Source: Octopus vulgaris
Lineage: Eukaryota
Direction of reading: 5' to 3'
DNA: 64,000 nucleotides
Assembly (NCBI GenBank): GCA_951406725.2
Contig: OX597814.1
Location: 210,304,001 to 210,368,000 of the forward strand
Shown here: in pieces, positions 24,545 through 38,090 of the stretch
How positions within the stretch are numbered: position 1 is the first letter of the stretch
Layout: the number at the start of each line of letters is the position of its first letter
The notes under the pieces: model-generated
What the model was told of the DNA's origin: nothing
The model's input: only the letters and a program-made list of their open reading frames with translations
Database searches by the model: none
Translations under genes and position numbers: made by a program

Positions 24545-26777
24545 TCATGGCTTTGCCAGAACCTGAATTCATATATGTCATTCTTTATTGATAGTGCGTA
24601 TGCTGGTGGTTATTATATTCCTTTTATGACAATGAGCTTATGACTTTAATTTTTGAAGTAGACTTTGATGTGTACCCTTAAACAAGGCTCTCAGTGTTAC
24701 GACGCTTTGCATTACTGAGCCGCATATGAGTACTAGGTGACAGCTAGTGCATCTCTGGATATGTAGCAGAGGTGAGACCCAGGTGACTGAGATAAATTCC
24801 ACATACATACACATATTCATATATGTATATGCATATCTTTTCGGAAATATAGCACTACAAAAGGTATTAAATTGAAATAAAAAGATTACTAAATTTCGTT
24901 TACGTTTTTAAATCCATTTCTTCTGCCGTAAATATTGGAACCAGCTATCTATTTTTAACAATAAAAAATGGAGAATCAAAATTTGTCATCGAAAAGACGA
25001 AATAATATGCAAAATAAAAAAATACCGAACTTAATCATAGTGAAAATTTTCTCATGAAAATATTTAGTATAGAGCTGAACGACAAGATGTATGCCAAGAA
25101 CGTTATTTGAAAGATAAATGATGAAGTAAAAAGAATTTTGTACTCGATCCAACTTATTATTACGATTTTAATGAATTCTTGTCTAACTATTATTTATTAA
25201 GAATATTCTAAATGGTATATAATTATCGCTTAATATTGACCAAAATATACAAATGAATGCAGATCTACTTAAAGGTATCATTATTGTTTTTGTAGTCAAT
25301 AATTATTCACAATTCTCCTCTTCGAACGTGTTTTCAACTCACATAAGTGAAGTTTTAGATGCCAACACACACAGAGATAAACAGACAAACATACACACAA
25401 ACACACAAATATATGTGTGTATATGACTGCAATAAATTTAAATATCAGAGTACCTAACTGGGATCTAAGAGTAAACAGTGTTCTACGTGACACGTTCAAC
25501 CAATATCCGAAGTTTCAAGCTGTTTAGTTAAAAAAAAATGAATTAAAAAATCTGTGACTAAGATTGAATAGATCCCCTAACTGTTATCAGGGAAGAATTG
25601 ATAAAACGGAAACATGTTCTGTACTAGATTGGAGAAACCGGCTACATCAAATGCAAACCATGACAAATTCTTCATGAAATTCCTAACCTGAAAATGCAGT
25701 CTCCGACATATGTCGTTGGGTGAAAGAAGAAATAAATGGTTGTGTTCATTATGGTCTAGATATGTCAGGGAGTAAGTTAAATGCAGGTTGACCAGTCCAA
25801 CATTTCGAAATGAACTGGAAAGACGCAATTCATTTAAGTTTGAACAGAGTAGTCAAACGCCTATATTGATTCACTCTAATATTGTTTATCATTGAGTTTG
25901 GTTGCACTTCTCGTCTGCACAGAGAGACTCTGTCTTAACGAAAGAGAAGGAGCCCTTCGAGGCCTCAATAATGTACAACAGTATAAAGTTTATAAACTTT
26001 CGCTTTTTATTTAGGAGAATGTGATGACAGTCTTTTAATTTTATGGAGATTGTGTTATTAGCTGCTATGAAGAGGAGTGCTTAGTTATATTTTAATTCCA
26101 TTTTAAGGTAACAGTTCAAGTTGAGCATATATATTAGAAAAGTATCATACATCCTCTGTGATAGTTTAAACTCAAAGGAGCAAATGATTATCACAAACAG
26201 TTAACTAATGTAAAGATGGGTTCAGTGTTGAAGCTTATCATTTAGCGCGAAAGTGAAAAGAGATAGAAGAAACCTAAAATGTAGTTAATCAGACCAGCAC
26301 TTTATAATATTTATCTGCCTCATCATGGCCAGCGGCTCAATATGACATGCAGTAGCTTCTTCTGTTGATATCAACACAGTGTCTCCACCATTGAATCTTC
26401 CATCACTGCAACGGGTAGTCATAAGTATAGCTCAAGCTGTGATATTTAGAAATATAGAGACCATAGATTCTTTCAAGAAAAGCAGACAGCATTTCGAATA
26501 AATCTTACCATACAGACTTAGAAGAAAAGGATATATAGTTTAGAGTATATATCTGCAGCATCCAGAATGAATCTACAGATCATCGATAAGATCACATCCA
26601 AATATGCAATAATAATGAATGATGGGATATGAAGTGTCATTGTTTACATGCGTGCTTAATTTGGCCTCATTAGGGACTAAACAGCAACACCCATATCACC
26701 TCCCATACACTCACTATTACTAACATAGTTAACAGTAACATTATCACAACTGCAACAGATTATACAGCTTCAACACT

Positions 26778-27169
26778 GTTTGTTAGAAGCACTCCGTCGG
26801 TTACGACGACGAGGGTTCCGGTTGATCCGAATCAACGGAACAGCCTGCTCGTGAAATTAACGTGTAAGTGGCTGAGCACTCCACAGACACGTGTACCCTT
26901 AATGTAGTTCTCGGGGATATTCAGCGTGACACAGAGAGTGACAAGGCTGGCCCTTTGAAATAGAGGTACAACAGAAACAGGAAGTAAGAGTGAGAGAAAG
27001 TTGTGGTGAAAGAGTACAGCAGGGATCACCACCATCCCCTGCCGGAGCCACGTGGAGCTTTTAGGTGTTTTCGCTCAATAAACACTCACAACGCCCGGTC
27101 TGGGAATCGAAACCGCGATCCTATGACCGCGAGTCCGCTGCCCTAACCACTGGGCCATTGCGCCTCCAC
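26778..27169 (-). mobile_element. tRNA SINE (head A + tail Z), full length
   Basis: Minus-strand head GTGGAGGCGCAATGGCCCAGTGG...TTCGATTCCC; 11-bp TSD GCTTCAACACT (26767-26777, 27170-27180). Confidence 0.93.
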
Positions 27170-27489
27170 GCTTCAACACTACCACTGTTTAGAGACCATA
27201 TGTGATGCTCCACATCAAAGAGTACAATCAGTAGCAACTATGAAATCTGAATGAGCCGCAGTATAGAGGGTAGGTCTGACGTTAAGAGGGGAGCTCTTAA
27301 ACACATGACATTTGTATCAGAATAAAATGATAACTTGAAACGACTGACTTTATATAACCCAGAAGTAGATTTAGATTTTAAATTTTCCTTACAATTTGAA
27401 TAAATTAGAACAAACAATAGCATCCATATATACAAAATCTCAGAAGGATGGTAAACATATTTCCTGATGAACCATAGGAATATATAAAA

Positions 27490-28405
27490 TGGAAGCACTC
27501 CGTCGGTTACGACGACGAGGGTTCCGGTTGATCCGAATCAACGGAACAGCCTGCTCGTGAAATGTAAAGATGGGTTCAGTGTTGAAGCTTATCATTTAGC
27601 ACGAAAGTGAAAAGAGATAGAAGAAACCTAAAATGTAGTTAATCAGACCATCACTTTATAATATTTATCTGCCTCATCATGGCCAGCGGCTCAATATGAC
27701 ATGCAGTAACTTCTCCTGTTGATATCAACACAGTGTCTCCACCATTGAATCTTCCATCACTGCTCGTGAAATTAACGTGTAAGTGGCTGAGCACTCCACA
27801 GACACGTGTACCCTTAACCTAGCTCTCGGGGATATTCAGCGTGACACAGAGAGTGACAAGGCCGGCCCTTTGAAATACAGGTACAACAGAAACAGGAAGT
27901 AAGAGTGAGAGAAAGTTGTGGTGAAAGAGTACAGCCGGGATCACCACCATCCCCTGCCGGAGCCTCGTGGAGCTTTTAGGTGTTTTAGCTCAATAAACAC
28001 TCACAACGCCCGGTCTGGGAATCGAAACCGCGATCCTATGACCGCGAGTCCGCTGCCCTAACCACTGGGCCATTGCGCCTCCACGCTTCAACACTACCAC
28101 TGTTTAGAGACCATATGTGATGCTCCACATCAAAGAGTACAATCAGTAGCAACTATGAAGTCTGAAGTAGCAGCAGTATAGAGGGGAGGTCTGAAGTTAA
28201 GAGGGGAGCTCTTAAACACCTAACATTTGTATCAGAATAAAATGATAACTTGAAACGACTGACTTTATATAACCCAGAAGTAGATTTAGATTTTGAATTT
28301 TCCTTACAATTTGAATAAATTAGAACAAACAATAGCATCCATATATACAAAATCTCAGAAGGATGGTAAACATATTTCCTGATGAACCAAATGAATATAT
28401 AAAAT
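27490..28405. repeat. Complex local duplication: SINE tail piece + copy of 26207-26409 + SINE remainder + flank copy
   Basis: 27561-27763 repeats 26207-26409; 27761-28405 repeats ~26847-27490 with few differences. Confidence 0.9.
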
Positions 28406-29119
28406 ACTTATACTGCACTTGAATATGGAATAAAGTAAAACTCCATCGAACAATTTATGGGTTGTTTTTGAGTAAAGGGGTCACGATTAATTCCTCAAAT
28501 ATGTCTTGCATCACTGATAACTTCGTTCCTATTTACTACTACTTAGGAGTAGCACATTAGTTTGTCATCGATGGACGTGTCGCCAATAATATACCTGCGA
28601 GTTGTGCACGTTGCTATGAAAATATGAACGACATGATAGAAAATGTGAAAAAAGAAAAAAAATGTCACCAGCGATAATTTTAAGTGCAGCAAAATTTGAA
28701 AATCTAATCAGCATATTTTAGGTTCCTCTAGAATAGATGAAAACAAAAAACAGGAATCTAATAAAATGGAATGAGGTCTGGCTAAATTTAAATAGAACAA
28801 TGCATTTTGAGGAGTAGACTACTTTATAATCACTAATCAATGATAACGAAGCTGCCACAGAAACACCACCAGAATTCATATTACTGATTGTAGTATGAAT
28901 AGAAAAGGATATGAGAACGTTGGCATTATTCGGGAGCAACAAATACATTATACGCGTTCAGACAATATGAATCCTATGGCAGAGTAATTAGTGTACCATA
29001 CAACACACAAGATCTGAAGCTGCTTTTTATTCATCATCACGGAGAGTCGAAAAATTTAGCTCTGATCGAACACACAGACACACACACCTGCACGCGCATA
29101 CACATACACACTGACTCAA

Positions 29120-29146
29120 ACACACACACATATGCATATATGTATC

Positions 29147-29178
<32 letters not shown>

Positions 29179-29214
29179 TGTATGTATGTATGTATGTATG
29201 TATGTGTATATGTG

Positions 29215-29275
<61 letters not shown>

Positions 29276-29290
29276 ATGTATGTATACATA
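29120..29290. repeat. (TATG)n/(TA)n microsatellite
   Basis: Direct reading. Confidence 0.95.
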
Positions 29291-29994
29291 CAGAATTTCC
29301 TTGTATTCATATCTGTAGTTTTAATATGAAATAGTGTGTCTGTCATTGGATATTTTTTATAGTCAATGTCGATAATACATATCACCAAGAGAACCGTATT
29401 TCATTTTGTTTCATCACCATTAGAAATACAGTGACATCCGTTCATATAAAAATTATTTGGATTTATGAAGAATTTTTCTTTGAAGATGTAATGAATGAAT
29501 ATATATTTTTATAAACCATACGTAATTCCTATTTCAATATCAGAAGACTTCTATATGATTTGTACGCTCGAAACGGATTTTAAAATCAACTTCTTTGTTC
29601 CACATTTTATGATGAATGAGTGATAAAACAAATCTCATTATCCTTCACTTTTCATATTTTCAAAAGATAAGTGGAAGTTTATGAAGTCTAGTATCGTCTG
29701 AATTAAGAAAGAGAAATATTACGATACAGGAAAGTTTTAAGCTTATATTCTATTACTGTATTACAAAAACTACTTCTAAGAACCTCCATTTAAATTATCG
29801 ATAAATGTAGCTAAAAACTGAAATTGAGAGAAACGGGAAATTGGCTGGTATCGAACTCAGGTATACTGAATGAAAAATTATGATTTTGTATTCTTGAAGA
29901 GCCCGTCATATGCTGTAGACAAATAACTGAATCAGTACTGCAGATCTTGCCAAACACCATAACAATTTATAACATAATTACTTCCAGTTAGAAC

Positions 29995-30800
29995 ATCAGT
30001 GGATTATCTCATAGGTGGACCTGACTTTCACCAGCAGACCACACCACTGGGGGACTTGGACAAAGTAAAACAATGAAGCAAGCGAAAGGAAGCCTAGGAT
30101 ATAAAAAAGGCATACGTAAGTAGGGACTATGCTCTTGCTATAATAAATACCGGGAGAATCGACGAGCAAGACACACGCGCATACACACAACAAAAACAAG
30201 TGACTGATATTGAACCTAGCGCAAAAAAACAGAACTTTATCTGAAAATTTTCAGGCAACAGTTAGGTGCAATTTGTAACACGGCTCCTCGTCAAACAGAG
30301 ACTATGAGTGACAAACAATTAAGTTGTCAAATGTGACAAAACACGAACATGCAAGAACGGTAAAGAAAACACAGAAACAAAACAAATACAAGATCAGTAA
30401 GTAAGGTATGTGGAAAATGTGGGAAGTAAAACAAAGATGGCTACTTGAAATACGGGAGTATATTGAAGACATTGTTTGCAGAAGCGAAACAAAGCAGGCA
30501 TTTCGACTAGAAAAGATAAATTCACTTCAGAAGATAAACTAAGAGCAAACATAACGTAAGACATAAAGCGAAAAATCTTACGGTGGAAAAAAACTAGGAA
30601 GATTGAGAGATTTCCCTTTAGAAATGTACAGCAGCCCGAACAGAAAGTACGCAAACGGGCTGGACATATAGGCATCCAGTGGTGAGGACGAAGTTATAGA
30701 CCGTGCGAGAAGTTATAGAAATATAACTGAAATATGTATCGGAGTTAACATTTTCATTGAATGACTGAGCACAAAGAAAAAGCCATATTAGAAATTCTGA
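29995..30800 (+). mobile_element. Possible decayed 5' portion of a non-LTR retrotransposon
   Basis: A-rich, coding-like strand bias with many stops; only vague resemblance to R4/Dong N-terminal regions. Confidence 0.3.
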
Positions 30801-31019
30801 TGAACTCCTGCATCACGAACTGGCGGGTAAATAAATGTCCAATAAACTACATTCAGTATTTTTGAAGTCTCTAAGTAGAACAAGCCTTCTCATAAAAAAG
30901 CAAAATAAAGTCAATATTTTACTGTCTTAGACTTCACAAACACGATTGTTGGAGTATAATAAGGTGTTTTATGGCCCATTATGAAAAATTTCAACAAGGA
31001 ATTGGAGGTAGCTAACGCA

Positions 31020-31200
31020 ATCAAAATAATTGATTCCACGATTACTAGTACAGTTCTCCACACAAGCTGTTCTCAATGCTTAACTGGTATTTATGTCATC
31101 CTCCTCGTTAAGGTAAGAGACGAAGTCTACCTCGGCGACATTTGAATTCATTACGTAAAGACGCACGAAATGCCGATATGCACTTTTGTCCGGCACGGAC
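31020..31200 (-). mobile_element. Old Nin-domain-like SINE
   Basis: CTGGTATTTATGTCATC...GAAGTCTACCTCGGCGACATTTGAATTCA is the reverse complement of the family core. Confidence 0.7.
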
Positions 31201-31381
31201 AGTTGCTGAATTAATGACATCTAAAATAATGAGAACGACACTGGTACTGTAAACCTGATAAGTTTTCCCAGTAACTTAGGTACGTCGAAATTAGAACATA
31301 TTACGAACAAACTATAATTCACATAACAATCTTAACGAGGATGAAGGAAATAAAACTAAGGTGGTGTATCCTCTTTTAATC

Positions 31382-31598
31382 TTTTACTCTTTTACTTGTT
31401 TCAGTCATTTGACTGCGGCCATGCTGGGGCACCGGCTTTAATCGAGCAACTCGACCCCGGGACGTATTCTTTTGTAAGCCCAGTACTTATTCTATCGGTC
31501 TCTTTTGCCGAACCGCTATGTAACGGGGACATAAACACACCAGCATCGGTTGTCAAGCAATGCTAGGGAGACAAACAGACACACAAACACACACACGC

Positions 31599-31629
<31 letters not shown>

Positions 31630-31804
31630 CATATATACGACAGGCTTCTTTCAGTTTTCGGCTACCAAATCCACTCACAAGGCTTTGGTCGGCCCGAGGC
31701 TATAGTAGAAGACACTTGTCCAACGTGCCACGCAGTGGGACTGAACCCAGAACCATGATGTGGCTGGTAAACAAGCTACTTACCACGCAGCCTCTTCTGC
31801 GCCT
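31382..31804 (-). mobile_element. CORE-type SINE, full length
   Basis: Reverse complement of 13628-14051. Confidence 0.93.
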
Positions 31805-32965
31805 ACGTAACAAAATGAAATAAACTTTCAAAAATAGGTAGGCGTAATAGTACGAAAAGACGGACATGAATAACAAGGGTTGGACAGACAAATCCTTTGT
31901 GGAGACTCTAAGACTGGCATGAAATCGTGAAAGTTAAATATGTATGGTGCAGAGAATATCACGATGTTACCCCTACAACATCATCGAAGTTTGAGAGAAG
32001 TAGTCAGAACATGAATTATAGATTAAGAAGAATTACAAAGACACTAGAGATTGCAACTCGGTTATGCACAAAAGTATTTGTAAAAATTAAATATCAGTCC
32101 CAGTTGAAATATGGCACTGATTTAATTTACGTTTGTACTAATATTATTCTGTGACAAGTCTCGATCATACAAATCGAAATACCGCGCCTTCCAAGGAGTA
32201 GTTCACAACAGTTAAATTCTTTGAAATTTCTTTTTCATTTAACTTTTTCATCTTTTTTTATTCAATTTGCTTTTGGAATAGTTGACGTAAATTTCTATTA
32301 GTCCATACCTAAAATTTTATTGCACTTTCTACTATTCAGTAACTCCATATTTTCTCTATGGTGCAATGCAAATTAGCACACATTACAGTTATCTTTTAAA
32401 TGCAATAGAAAGAGAGAAATTATAGAGCTTGTATTCTTTATCTTTGAACATCTGCATTTTGACTTCATCTATCTTCAACTAACTTCAACGCCGCTATCAT
32501 TTTTCTCCGAGCATCCCTCTTTTATTGATAAATTAAATAACGGGTTGAATTCCAAGAAGTATTCTTCATCCTTAAAAATGTAGGATATTAAATCATGTCA
32601 GAAATCAATATTGATTCTGTTTAGTGTAGCAGAATGGTCATGTATATGCTAAAGGAAGGAAAACGTGAATTTAAATCACGCCCTAATTTTCAATGGTTAA
32701 CACTACATATTATCTAAAGTTGCATGTGAATTACAAAGCCGACTATGATAAAAACTTAACTAAACATTTGGAAAATCCGAACAAAATGGCAGTGAAATCA
32801 TCTTTGTTAATTCTGAGAAAGTACTGTTGTAAACATGCACATGATATTCATAATTATCGTATGATGGTTCTATTGAATTAATTATTCGATGACAACATAA
32901 ATATCCTGCTAGTATAAGAAAAGTTATATCAAAGAAAATGTTGGGATTTATCTAACGGCCATTTG

Positions 32966-33037
<72 letters not shown>

Positions 33038-34319
33038 GTGTGTGTGTGTATATATATGTGTGTGTGTGTGTGTGTTATTTATTCAGATGCATACATCCTG
33101 TTGTTTGCATCTTCATATTGAATAAATGTTTGCAATGTTGCATCAAAACAATGTAATTAGAGAGCCTTGTGCTATAAAAAATCAAAGGAACTGATAATAC
33201 TCATTGCTTTCAACAGGCACGCGATTAATACAGTAGTATTTTAATCAGAGTATTTCTGATGAAAACTATCCAAAAATACATCTTTTCATATGGATGTAAT
33301 TAAGACAGAAAACATACAAATATACAGACATAAATGAATTAGAGTTTAATATGCGTTATTTTAAATGCATTCCACCGAGCTAAAATATGGCGTCTTGAAG
33401 TAAATTTGACAAAGAGTGGGAAACGTGATACAGAAATGTACAGAAATATCTAGAAAAGATGTAGCTTCATTTATAAAGTATAGAATTTTGTATTTTCAAA
33501 CAAATGATTCTAAAATGTTTAAACGAAAAGATTACTTTCACAACCTACATACGAAATTGTTTTCTCTTATTACATATTGGGTGTCGCAGCTGGTTCTGCT
33601 GATAGGATATTGGCCGGCTGACAAAAGTTATATTAAAAATTTCACAATATTCTTATCTTTGTGTAACACGGCATCACTACCTAGCTATAAATTTAAAGAA
33701 TACTTACGTTAAGAAAGTCTTATAAACGATTATATTTAACTTATTTACTTTGTATAAATATTGATATTGATGTAGACAATGTACATAATATATATATATA
33801 TATATATATATCAAATAAGAAATTAGATTGGAAGAGAATTGCAAATCGTCATGAACTACATTAGCTAACAACTGTTTCTGCTATAAGATGCAATGCAACC
33901 ATAATTGAATGCATGCGTATCACCCTATAACTACACAGGAGCTACAGTCATGAAGTGCTCTGTACTCGGCTGACTTTCTACCACCACGTTATTATTATGG
34001 TTATGCCAAAGCGAAATAGTACATACACACACAAACACGCCCACGCCCACACATATATTCTCCTTTAACAAGAGTAGTATTCACAGTGACATCAAAGTTT
34101 TAGCCAGCTAAGAGGATTGCTTAGTTAGCTGAAACTTCACTGCCGTTGTCAGAAGTATTCTTGTTAAAGAATACTAAATTTGATCTCAAGAAAAAGTACT
34201 GAGTAATCGTTTATTTTAATGTAACTATTTCTATTATAATTTAACATTACAGCAAACAAAACAACACACACATACACACAAACACACACAGACATACATT
34301 TATATATACAGAGAGAGAT

Positions 34320-34477
34320 AGGCGGAGATGTGGTTACTGTAAGAAGTTTGCCCTCCAACTACATGTCTCGGTTCAGTCCCACTGCATGTTGCCTTGGGTA
34401 GTTTCTCCTACTATAGCCTGGGCCGCCAGAAGCCTTGTGAATATATTTGATAGAGGGAAACTGAGCGAATCGCTTTG

Positions 34478-34480
<3 letters not shown>
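34320..34480 (+). mobile_element. CORE-type SINE 5' half ending in (TATC)n
   Basis: GGCGGAGATGTGGTTACTGTAAG...GGTTCAGTCCCACTGC...CCTTGGGTAGT. Confidence 0.8.
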
Positions 34481-34546
<66 letters not shown>

Positions 34547-34564
34547 CAATCACTGCCTCTGTCC

Positions 34565-34603
<39 letters not shown>

Positions 34604-34841
34604 TGCCTTTGTGTTTTAGGATTTTAAAAGGCCAGAACTGATGAAGGAGAAACTTAAGCCCTGTAGATTCTCTCTACAATGATCCAAATGGTACAAGCTA
34701 CATTAACGATCTCATTCTAGAATATGTCGTCATGTACATACAGTTAAACTAACGACGGATACGATTCATCTGCATAGGCTGTCACTATAGTGAAAACAAT
34801 ATATCATTCCCTTGTATATTAATGTTTTTATCTCCTTTTCT

Positions 34842-35232
34842 GTGGAAGCACTCCGTCGGTTACGACGATGAAGGTTCCGGTTGATCCGAATCAACGGAAC
34901 AACCTGCTCGTGAAATTAACGTGTAAGTGACTGAGCACTCCACAGACACGTGCACCCTTAACGTAGTTCTCGGGGATATTCAGCGTGACACAGAGGCCAG
35001 CGTGACAAGGCCAGCCCCTTGAAATACAGGTACAACAGAAGCAGGAAGTAAGAGTGAGAGAAATTTGTGCTGAAAGAGTACAGCAGGGATCACCACCATC
35101 CCCTGCCGGAGCCTCGTGGAGCTTTAGGTGTTTTCACTCAATAAACACTCACAACGCCCGGTCTGGGAATCGAAACCGCGATCCTATGACCGCGAGTCCG
35201 CTGCCCTAACCACTGGGCCATTGCCCCTCCAC
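34842..35232 (-). mobile_element. tRNA SINE (head A + tail Z), full length
   Basis: Near-identical to 26778-27169; 12-bp TSD ATCTCCTTTTCT (34830-34841, 35233-35244). Confidence 0.94.
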
Positions 35233-35720
35233 ATCTCCTTTTCTAGTGAATATAAGAATGAAGTACCATCTATTTATTTTATCACAGCAACTGATTTCCA
35301 TTAGTAATGTACATACTAGGAATTTTAGATGACTCAAGCACAGGAGTCGATAGTACTCATTACAAATATTGCTTGCTCTGGGAAATGAAAGTGAAATGAA
35401 TTGCTTTAATTCCAGAAGACGTGTTACAGCAACTTCATATTCAATTGCATATCAGAATTAAGTAATAGATAACGGGATGAAACTGAAATATCTTAATGTG
35501 TCATAAGTAAATGTCATCGTTTCCAACTATGTCAACTACGGGTTTAAGTCTGATTAATACGAAATTTGATGTAGTAGTCATTACTCAAATTAATCTCTTT
35601 ATGTTTACTACATATCGTCTAAGCCATTGATGAAAAGAATGAATATGTAAGCATGCATGTATACATGTGTACACGATTATATACATACATGCCCCACCTC
35701 ATATATATATATATATATAT

Positions 35721-35828
35721 TGGCCTGCTCACTTAGCCCGTAGGATGGCGTCATTTAAAGGCTAAAATAATGCGAAGCGCATTGTGACCAGCGATGTGTA
35801 GCAACATCTGATAGTCTGGTCGGTCACG

Positions 35829-35833
<5 letters not shown>
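35721..35833 (+). mobile_element. Short GC-rich repeat fragment (probable SINE 3' end) inside (TA)n
   Basis: GC-rich island GGCCTGCTCACTTAGCC...TGGTCGGTCACGGTGAT with (TA)n on both sides; recalled as a common octopus repeat tail, unverified. Confidence 0.55.
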
Positions 35834-35900
<67 letters not shown>

Positions 35901-37754
35901 TACGAGTATGGATTATTATATTGAAATGTATCGACAATACAAGGTAATGTATAAAAGTGAGGAGTAGTAACAAATTGGTCAGAGGTATTGAACACCGTGA
36001 GTATAGGCATCACAATGTATTATAGACATTCCTTCTCTATCCGGAGACTGAGGTCGTCGTATTCATTCATGGACTATATTCATAACGTATCAGGACATAA
36101 TGCTACCAAGCTTTGTTCCAAATGATGCAAAATAAGATATGCCCTACAACACAGCGAAGGGGGAGACGTCCTTTTACCCTCAGAAATTTCGTTCATTTCG
36201 CCACTGCCAGTAGGAAACCAAATTCACTGAGATGAGAAACTCCAATCTAGAACGATCTACTGTATTTTCTTATAATTATTGTGCTAAACAAATGGTAAAC
36301 AACGTTCTATATCCGAATTCCCTACATATATATATCCATATCACAGAGTTTCTCCCACTGTCATCCTGTACAAATCCTAGCAATACTTGTTGATATACAC
36401 CATTGGCTGTTCGTTTTTAATTACTAATCTTGTAGTGGTGATGTTTTTTTTTTATTATTCGTGCTATGTTGTTTCACAGCTAATGTATTTTAGACTTGTC
36501 ACTTTATTGTTTGTATATATTGGCTGAGTCGAGCATGTGTAAGAGCTTGTGGGTCATCTAAACATGTGTGGTTATATTAGAGGGCAGAAATAATTTCCAA
36601 TTTTCAAGCTATTATTTGTCTCACTCTCTCATACCTAATGTTCCAAAACCTATCGCCCTCATTTTTTGCAATACCCTTTATTTTTCATATATTTTCTTAC
36701 AGGGCTATATTGGGACATGCACAAAATGGCATAATACTTTTGCTGATAACGCAGAAGTAGTGAATCAGCTTTTACGTGGATAGAGTCGATAAGATTATGT
36801 AATTACAACAATCCACTTGGTGAAACTTATGTATGTTATATATGACTGAATTACCAAAGTTTCCTGCGTTCATTTTTATTATACACGCAAACACACTCAC
36901 ACAAACATAAACATACCTATGTAGATACTTGGAGAAAGTGAAAGAAACAATTATACAACATACTGTGTTGTCTTGAAGAATATTTATCACTTCCGCATAT
37001 GCTGTTTAATGTACAGTTTATCCTACATTTACTTGCCAAATCATATTCCAACATTCACATTTACACAAGAGAATACCGTAAACAAAGAATAAAATGTCGT
37101 ACAAATGCACACGCATATATGGGTAGTGAGAAACATAGAGAAATAAAGGTAAGTGCATGCATGTATGTGTGTACACCTGAATGAACGCTTATGTGCGTAT
37201 GCTCCCATATGCACGTATAGACGTGTCAGTACGGATACACATATTTGTTTTTAATCATTACGCTATTCTCTAGAAGATGACTTTCTCCATGGGGCAATGG
37301 TACTCGTTATTGGTTCATTTAAATGGTTTGTTGCAATTTGCAACATTTCTATAACAACAGCGTCGTCTTTATTCCTAAGCCCTTTCTTTTCATCTTTTTA
37401 AAAAAAATATTTTTGCTGTTAGAAGTCATTGTTCATCGTAGAATTTTATGTATAATTTAACAACTCCTATTATTTCTTTGATGAAGAGCGAAGATGCACA
37501 TGAATTTCTTGTATTATTGAAGTTAGGGAAAAGAGCGACATGAAAATAATAGAAATAGATAAACTAAATATTAAAACGGATCCATTCTCTTAGAAAGATT
37601 ATATTTCTAACAAATAATGTGTCAGCAATATTACAGAAACGTAGTGAAATAATGAGATATACTTATTATATATCAGATGAATGGACTTAAACAATATATT
37701 GCTGTTTATAAATTGTATTATATTATAATAAAATATTATAGCTACAATTAAGGT

Positions 37755-38090
37755 AACCATCTGCCAGAATCGTTTGCACGCCGAACGAAAAGTTACGCAC
37801 TGCGGTCGATGTAATCGATTTAATCCCTTTGTCTGACCTTGTTTGTTCCCTCTGTGTTTAGCTCCTTGTGGGCAATAAAGAAATAAGAATTGTTTGCACG
37901 CCGAACGAAATGTTTAGCGGCATTTTGTCCATCAATATGATCTGAGCTCAAATTCCACCGAGATTGACTTTGCTTTTTATCCTTTCGGGGTCGATAAAAT
38001 AAGTAGCAGTTGAATGCTGGGATTCATATAATCGGTTGACTCCGCTCCCTCGGAGTTGCTGGTTTTGTGCTAATGTTGAAACCAATATTA
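37755..38090 (+). mobile_element. Nin-domain-like SINE with a related SINE 3' end nested in its head
   Basis: Insert 37791-37885 matches 16014-16108; flanked by 25-bp duplication AGAAT(C/T)GTTTGCACGCCGAACGAAA. Confidence 0.85.

Noticed and set aside
34630-34700. CTGATGAAGGAG...GATCCAAATGGTAC as another hammerhead
   Set aside because: No intact GAAA box and no convincing stems; at best a heavily decayed relic.
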